From contig CAVYRH010000004.1 in NCBI GenBank assembly GCA_963770835.1, positions 320,001-384,000 on the forward strand: a stretch of 64,000 bases of DNA, read 5' to 3'. Shown in pieces: positions 59,182 through 64,000 of this stretch. Under the pieces are notes generated by a model that saw only the letters and a program-made list of their open reading frames with translations, did not search any database and was not told the DNA's origin. The position numbers were made by a program, and so were the translations under genes. Each line of letters begins with the position of its first letter. The first letter of the stretch is position 1. The stretch comes from an uncultured Pseudomonadota bacterium. Its GTDB lineage: Bacteria > Oederibacteriota > Muellerivitia > Muellerivitales > Muellerivitaceae.

Positions 59182-59904
59182 TTATGCCTTGACGGGCTGC
59201 GCCACGAAGCCGGCGAACTGGCGTTCCATGGCCTTGACCGCGCCCAAGCGCCAGGCCTCGGCGATGGACTGGGAGACCGGGTCGGGGAAGATGTCCTCCT
59301 CGCCGTTTTCCAGCCCGTCGAAGATGCCCTGGGCGGCGGCCTGGGTCGTGGCCTTGGGGATATCAAAGCCCCGGTTCATGTCGGTATCGACGGGGCCCAA
59401 GAAGACGCCGTGGACCGTCACCCCCTGTGGGGCCAGGATGGCCCTCATGGACTGGGTCATGTTGGCCAGGGCCGCCTTGGAGACCGAGTAGGAGGGGACA
59501 ACCGGGAGGGCGGCAAGCGCCACGATGGACAGGTTGTTCACCACGGCTCCCCGGGAAATCTTGAGGAGCGGCAGGAAAGCCTGGATCATACGCTGCGGCC
59601 CGAAGACATTGACGGCGAAGTGCTTCTCAAGGACTTGGGGGTCGCCCAGGTCGTCGTAGAGGGCGATGCCGGCGTTGTTGATGAGAAGATCGAGGGATTC
59701 GACTTTCTCCACAGCCGCCTGAACCTGAGCTTCCTGGGTCACGTCCAGGACCAGCGGCGTGACGCGCTTATCGGCGCCCTGCAAAGGGCCCCGGGCGGCC
59801 GCGTAAACCTTCTTCGCGCCCCGGCGGAGCGCCTCCTCGACGAGCGCCTTTCCGATTCCCCGGTTGGCGCCTGTGATTAAGACCGACTTGTTCTCGATAT
59901 TCAT
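59182..59904 (-). CDS. short-chain dehydrogenase/reductase
   Basis: TGANRGIG, NNAGI, YSVSK and GPVDTDM motifs. Confidence 0.93.
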   Translation of the reverse strand: MNIENKSVLITGANRGIGKALVEEALRRGAKKVYAAARGPLQGADKRVTPLVLDVTQEAQVQAAVEKVESLDLLINNAGIALYDDLGDPQVLEKHFAVNVFGPQRMIQAFLPLLKISRGAVVNNLSIVALAALPVVPSYSVSKAALANMTQSMRAILAPQGVTVHGVFLGPVDTDMNRGFDIPKATTQAAAQGIFDGLENGEEDIFPDPVSQSIAEAWRLGAVKAMERQFAGFVAQPVKA

Positions 59905-60026
59905 GGCTTTTCTCCTTTTTTAGCCGCCGTTCGTATTTTCCCCCCGGCAGCGTTTTTGTTTCAACTTGTGGTAATAATAATCATCGATTGACGAAGGCCG
60001 GGAGTTACAAGTATGGCGGGATTCCG

Positions 60027-61250
60027 ATGGATCCAATCCTAACCACAGCGGCGCGCGCCCTCGCCGCGGGGGACAGCTTTAGCGCGCTCAACCGGGTCGC
60101 CTTAAGGAACGACGCTCCCGCGCTGGCGCTCCGGGGCATCGCCATGGCCCAGCTGGGCGACCTTGCCAAGGCGAAGGCCCTCCTGAAAAAGGCGGCGTCG
60201 GCTTTCGGCCCCCAAGAAGGCGTGGAGCGCGCCCGCTGCGTGGTGGCCGAGGCCGAGATCGCGCTGGCCTCGCGGGACCTGGGCTGGAGCGCCATGGCCC
60301 TCCATTCGGCGAAGATAACGCTCGAAAGGCGGGGGGACCGCGTGAACGCCGCCCAGGCGCGGTACATCGAAATAAGGAAGCTCCTGCTCATCGGGCGCCT
60401 CGGGGACGCCGAAAAAAAGCTGAACGGGCTCGACCCCGAAAACCTCCCGCCCGCCTTGAGGGCGGCCCATTACCTGGTGGCGGCGGGGATCGCGATGCGC
60501 CGCCTGAAGACAAAAGAAGCGCGTTCCGCGCTGGCCCTGGCCGGGAAAGCCGCGCGGGATTCCGGGATTTCCGCGCTGGTTACGGAGGTTGAAAAAGCGG
60601 CACTCCTCCTGGAAACCCCCGCGGGCCGGCTTCTCTCACGGGGCAAGGAAAAGCTCCTGAGGCTCGGCGAGGTCGAGGAACTGCTCCAGTCGGGAAAGCT
60701 TGTCGTGGACGCCTGCCGCTACGCTGTGCGCGGCCCCCAAAAAACCGTCCCGCTCGCGGGGCGCCCGACCCTCTTCGCCATCGCGCGCGCTCTTGCGGAA
60801 GCCTGGCCCGGGGATGTTCCCCGGGATGCCCTGATGGAGAAGGCCTTTGGTGCAAAACTTTCCGACGAGTCGTTCCGCCTGCGGCTGCGGGTCGAGGTGG
60901 TGCGGCTTCGCGGGAAACTGCGGGGCCTGGCGGAAGTGAAAGCCACGAAGCAGGGTTTCGTCATGGCGCCTTTGGGCGCGCGGGAAATCGCCGTGCTGGC
61001 CCGGCCCGTCGAGGAACCCCAGGGGGCGGTGCTCGCTTTTTTGGAAGACGGCGAGCTTTGGTCCAGCTCCGCCTTGGCGCTGGCCCTCGGGTCCAGCCAG
61101 CGCACCGTCCAGAGGTCGCTCGATTCGCTGGAGGAAGCGGGCAAGGCGCAGTCCTATGGTAAAGGGCGGGCGAAACGTTGGGTGACGCCGCCCCTGCCGG
61201 GCATCACGTCGATTTTGCTGTTACCCAACCAACTACCGGTGGAAGGATAG
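60027..61250 (+). CDS. helical-repeat protein with winged-HTH C-terminus (putative regulator)
   Basis: ALNRVALR.DAPALALRGIAMAQLG, LAEAWPGDVPR and WSSSALALALGSSQRTVQRSL motifs. Confidence 0.8.
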   Translation: MDPILTTAARALAAGDSFSALNRVALRNDAPALALRGIAMAQLGDLAKAKALLKKAASAFGPQEGVERARCVVAEAEIALASRDLGWSAMALHSAKITLERRGDRVNAAQARYIEIRKLLLIGRLGDAEKKLNGLDPENLPPALRAAHYLVAAGIAMRRLKTKEARSALALAGKAARDSGISALVTEVEKAALLLETPAGRLLSRGKEKLLRLGEVEELLQSGKLVVDACRYAVRGPQKTVPLAGRPTLFAIARALAEAWPGDVPRDALMEKAFGAKLSDESFRLRLRVEVVRLRGKLRGLAEVKATKQGFVMAPLGAREIAVLARPVEEPQGAVLAFLEDGELWSSSALALALGSSQRTVQRSLDSLEEAGKAQSYGKGRAKRWVTPPLPGITSILLLPNQLPVEG

Positions 61251-61254
61251 AAAC

Positions 61255-61926
61255 ATGAAACAATCCAAAGCGGAAATTCTCCAGGAGTTCGGCCCCTTCC
61301 CGGGCATCGAAAGGGTAACGGGGGTCACGTATGACGGGGAACAAGTATGGTTCGGCTCGGGGAAAAAAATGAACGCCTTGGACCCCGCCGCCGGTAAGGT
61401 CACGCGCTCCTTGGACGTGCCCGCCTACGCGGGGGCGGCCTTCGACGGAAAGCACCTGTACCAAATGTCCGACGGCACCATCCGGAAGATCGACCCCAAA
61501 ACCGGCGAAGTGGTCGGCACCCTCCCGGCCCCCGGCAAGGGGGACGACTCGGGGCTCGCCTGGGCCGAGGGGGCCCTTTGGGTGGGGCAGTATGAGGCCC
61601 GGAAGATCTACCAAATCGATCCCCAAACCGGAGCGGTTCTCCGCACCCTCGAGTCCAACCGTTTCGTCACCGGGGTCAGCTGGGTGGACGGCGAGCTCTG
61701 GCACGGCAACCTGGAAGGGGGCGAAAGCGAATTGCGGCGGGTGGACCCCCAAACGGGGGAGGTTCTGGAAAGCCTGGAGATGCCCCAGGGGGTCTTGGTA
61801 TCCGGGCTGGAATCCGACGGCGGGGACAGGTTCTTCTGCGGGGGAGATAGAACGGGAAAGATCAGGGCCGTCCGGCGGCCCAAGCGAAACCCCGCGAAGG
61901 GCGGGGGCTCCAAAGTCCCCGCTTAA
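61255..61926 (+). CDS. glutamine-cyclotransferase-like beta-propeller protein
   Basis: GVTYDGEQVWF, DSGLAWAEGALWVG and FVTGVSWVDGELWHG repeats; 4 nt after the HTH gene. Confidence 0.82.
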   Translation: MKQSKAEILQEFGPFPGIERVTGVTYDGEQVWFGSGKKMNALDPAAGKVTRSLDVPAYAGAAFDGKHLYQMSDGTIRKIDPKTGEVVGTLPAPGKGDDSGLAWAEGALWVGQYEARKIYQIDPQTGAVLRTLESNRFVTGVSWVDGELWHGNLEGGESELRRVDPQTGEVLESLEMPQGVLVSGLESDGGDRFFCGGDRTGKIRAVRRPKRNPAKGGGSKVPA

Positions 61927-62371
61927 TGAGTAACCCGTAAACAAAAGAGGTCAGGCCAAAAGTCGCCCGTGACCCCGCGGGTCCGCAAAGGTGAGAAATA
62001 GCGGATGAGTTTGTTTACGGAGAATCGAACATTCAATGAAACAATTATTTTGTGGGCGACAGGGACGGGAATTTTAAAACGAAGCTATTGGGTTTAACGT
62101 GAGAGCTTTTAGATTTAACGGGTATTGACGAACCCTTTATTTAGGCCCTATTGCTTTGCCAAGGGTAAAAAGTGGTATATTCATTAAAACGATTTAGTGC
62201 CTTTGAAAAGCGGTTTCATGAGAAGCGATGAAACATTTCGAGTTTTGTTGCCAATTGTTCCGCAACCTTTAACCAGTGTATTCGGGTGACACTTTGAACA
62301 GGTCTCCACAAAACTTATTTTTCAAAACGAAAACGTTCTTTGGTTCCCGGCTTAAAACGTCCCGGGGCGAA

Positions 62372-64000
62372 ATGAACTTTTTCTTTCTTTCGCTTTTTGT
62401 GCTTTTGGGTTCCACTTTTTTCGGTCCAACTCCCGCGCAAGCCGCTCCTCCCCTGCTTAAGGTTTCCGGAAACGAAATCGTCACCGCCAGCGGCGGCTGC
62501 ACCGTGCGCTTGACCGGGGTGAATCTAGATTCTTTGGAATGGGACGTACCGCCAGGGGACAATCCGGCCGGCGGCGATGGGGTCCTGACAATGCTGCAGG
62601 AGGCGGTCAAATATTGGAATGTCAATTGCGTCCGCATCCCCCTGGACCAGGACTGGTGGGACGGCAACGCGCAAAGCTCCAGGGGTTCCACCAGCCAATC
62701 GGGATACCAAAGCTTCGTGGACTCCCTCGTGGCCTACTGCAACGCCAACAACATCTATTGCGACCTGGACCTGCAATGGTCCGGCGACGGGCCCACGGGC
62801 TCGGCCACCGGGCAATACTCCATGCCTGATGAGAACAGCCTGGTTTTCTGGGCCAGCGTCGCCGCCCGTTACGCCAACAACCCCTCCGTGCTCTTCGACA
62901 CCTTCAACGAGCCCTACACAACTTCCTGGACCGTCTGGCTGAACGGGGGCACGGCCTCCGAGGGCTTTACCACGCCCGGCCTTCAGTCCATCGTGAACAC
63001 CATCCGGGGCACTACCGCCAGCGCCGGCAGCACCCTGGCCAGCGGCACCAACGCCGAAAACATCTGCATCGTCGGCGGCCAGCAGTATTCCTATTATTAC
63101 GTGGGCATGAGCCCGGTGGTGGATAAGGCCGGGGGCAACGGCATCGTCTACTCGGCCCATATCTACAACAACAAGGGCACCAACACCCCGGCGGGTTGGG
63201 AGTCCAACATCGATACGGCCCTCACCTACGGCCCGGTGTTCATCGAGGAATTCGGGAATTCCGCCAATACCACCGACGGCGGCACTTTCGTGAACAGCGT
63301 GATTACCTTCATGAACGGCACAAACGACAAGAATTACGTCTATGGGGGCATGGCTTGGGACATGGATATCTCGGCGACGCCTCTCCTGCTTTCGGCCTGG
63401 TCCTCAACCCTGTCCGCCCCGGTTTCCACCGGCAGCGGCTGGGTGCTGACGTCTTATGAAGGCCAACAGGTCTATGGCTGGCTGAAGGGACTTACCCATC
63501 CAGGTTGCTCCTCCAGCGGCGCCACGGCGACCCCCACCGCCACGGCGTCCTTCACCAAAACATCCACGCCGACCGCGACCGCGACGGCGACCGCCACAAA
63601 AACCGCCACGGCCACGGTTACCCCCACGAAAACCAGCACTCCCACCAGTACGGCGACCAGCACCGCCTCCAGCACCCCCACCTTTAGCCGGACCAACACT
63701 CCCACGAATACCCCCACCGCCACACCCAGCCATACGGCCACCCCCACGGCCACGAATACCGCCACACCCACCGTGACCAATACGCCCACCAAGACCGCAA
63801 CGAACAGCCCCACGAATACATCGACTTCGACCCCCACTCCAACGTCCACGAATACCCCGATGAACAGCCCAACGAATACGGCTGCCAGCACCGCGACGAA
63901 TACATTGACGGCTACGCCATCAAGTACTCCTACGGGCACGGCCACCAAAACGGCCACGAACACACCCAGCAACAGCCCTACTTCCACCTTCTCCCCAACC
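62372..64000 (+). CDS. secreted GH5 glycoside hydrolase (cellulase family) with Thr-rich linker, 3'-truncated by window edge
   Basis: Hand-translated: signal ending AQA, LKVSGNEIV...LTGVN, VRIPLDQDWW, LFDTFNEP acid/base at about 62906, YSAHIY, PVFIEEFG nucleophile; no stop before the window end. Confidence 0.88.
   Translation, partial: MNFFFLSLFVLLGSTFFGPTPAQAAPPLLKVSGNEIVTASGGCTVRLTGVNLDSLEWDVPPGDNPAGGDGVLTMLQEAVKYWNVNCVRIPLDQDWWDGNAQSSRGSTSQSGYQSFVDSLVAYCNANNIYCDLDLQWSGDGPTGSATGQYSMPDENSLVFWASVAARYANNPSVLFDTFNEPYTTSWTVWLNGGTASEGFTTPGLQSIVNTIRGTTASAGSTLASGTNAENICIVGGQQYSYYYVGMSPVVDKAGGNGIVYSAHIYNNKGTNTPAGWESNIDTALTYGPVFIEEFGNSANTTDGGTFVNSVITFMNGTNDKNYVYGGMAWDMDISATPLLLSAWSSTLSAPVSTGSGWVLTSYEGQQVYGWLKGLTHPGCSSSGATATPTATASFTKTSTPTATATATATKTATATVTPTKTSTPTSTATSTASSTPTFSRTNTPTNTPTATPSHTATPTATNTATPTVTNTPTKTATNSPTNTSTSTPTPTSTNTPMNSPTNTAASTATNTLTATPSSTPTGTATKTATNTPSNSPTSTFSPT

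Overview
GC-rich bacterial chromosomal window from a diderm organism (three outer-membrane beta-barrel genes) with no rRNA, tRNA, CRISPR or phage genes. It is dominated by cell-surface cargo. There are about 13 predicted lipoproteins (NHL, Kelch-like, Gly-rich, PrcB-like and unknown folds) whose residues just after the lipidated Cys fall into a few recurring motifs. Three large proteins carry alternating-Thr linkers (S53 peptidase, SBBP-repeat protein, GH5 glycosidase); the two whose C-termini are visible end in the same FlgD-Ig/T9SS-like domain. This style recalls uncultured candidate lineages such as FCPU426 (inference only). Also present: exported MsrA and MsrB, GH20, a sphingomyelinase-like phosphoesterase, a NodI/NodJ-like ABC exporter, a Deg protease/pseudoprotease pair, a His-less Hpt-CheW fusion, several response regulators, an ECF41-like sigma locus with two face-to-face promoters, and one IS5-family element with IRs and a 5-bp target duplication. 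Many intergenic regions hold inverted 7-10 bp tandem-repeat elements. The best candidate for a new system is a surface-lipoprotein display system with post-Cys sorting motifs, reusable signal-peptide cassettes and TPR-barrel partners. All family calls come from motif recognition by eye; no searches were run.
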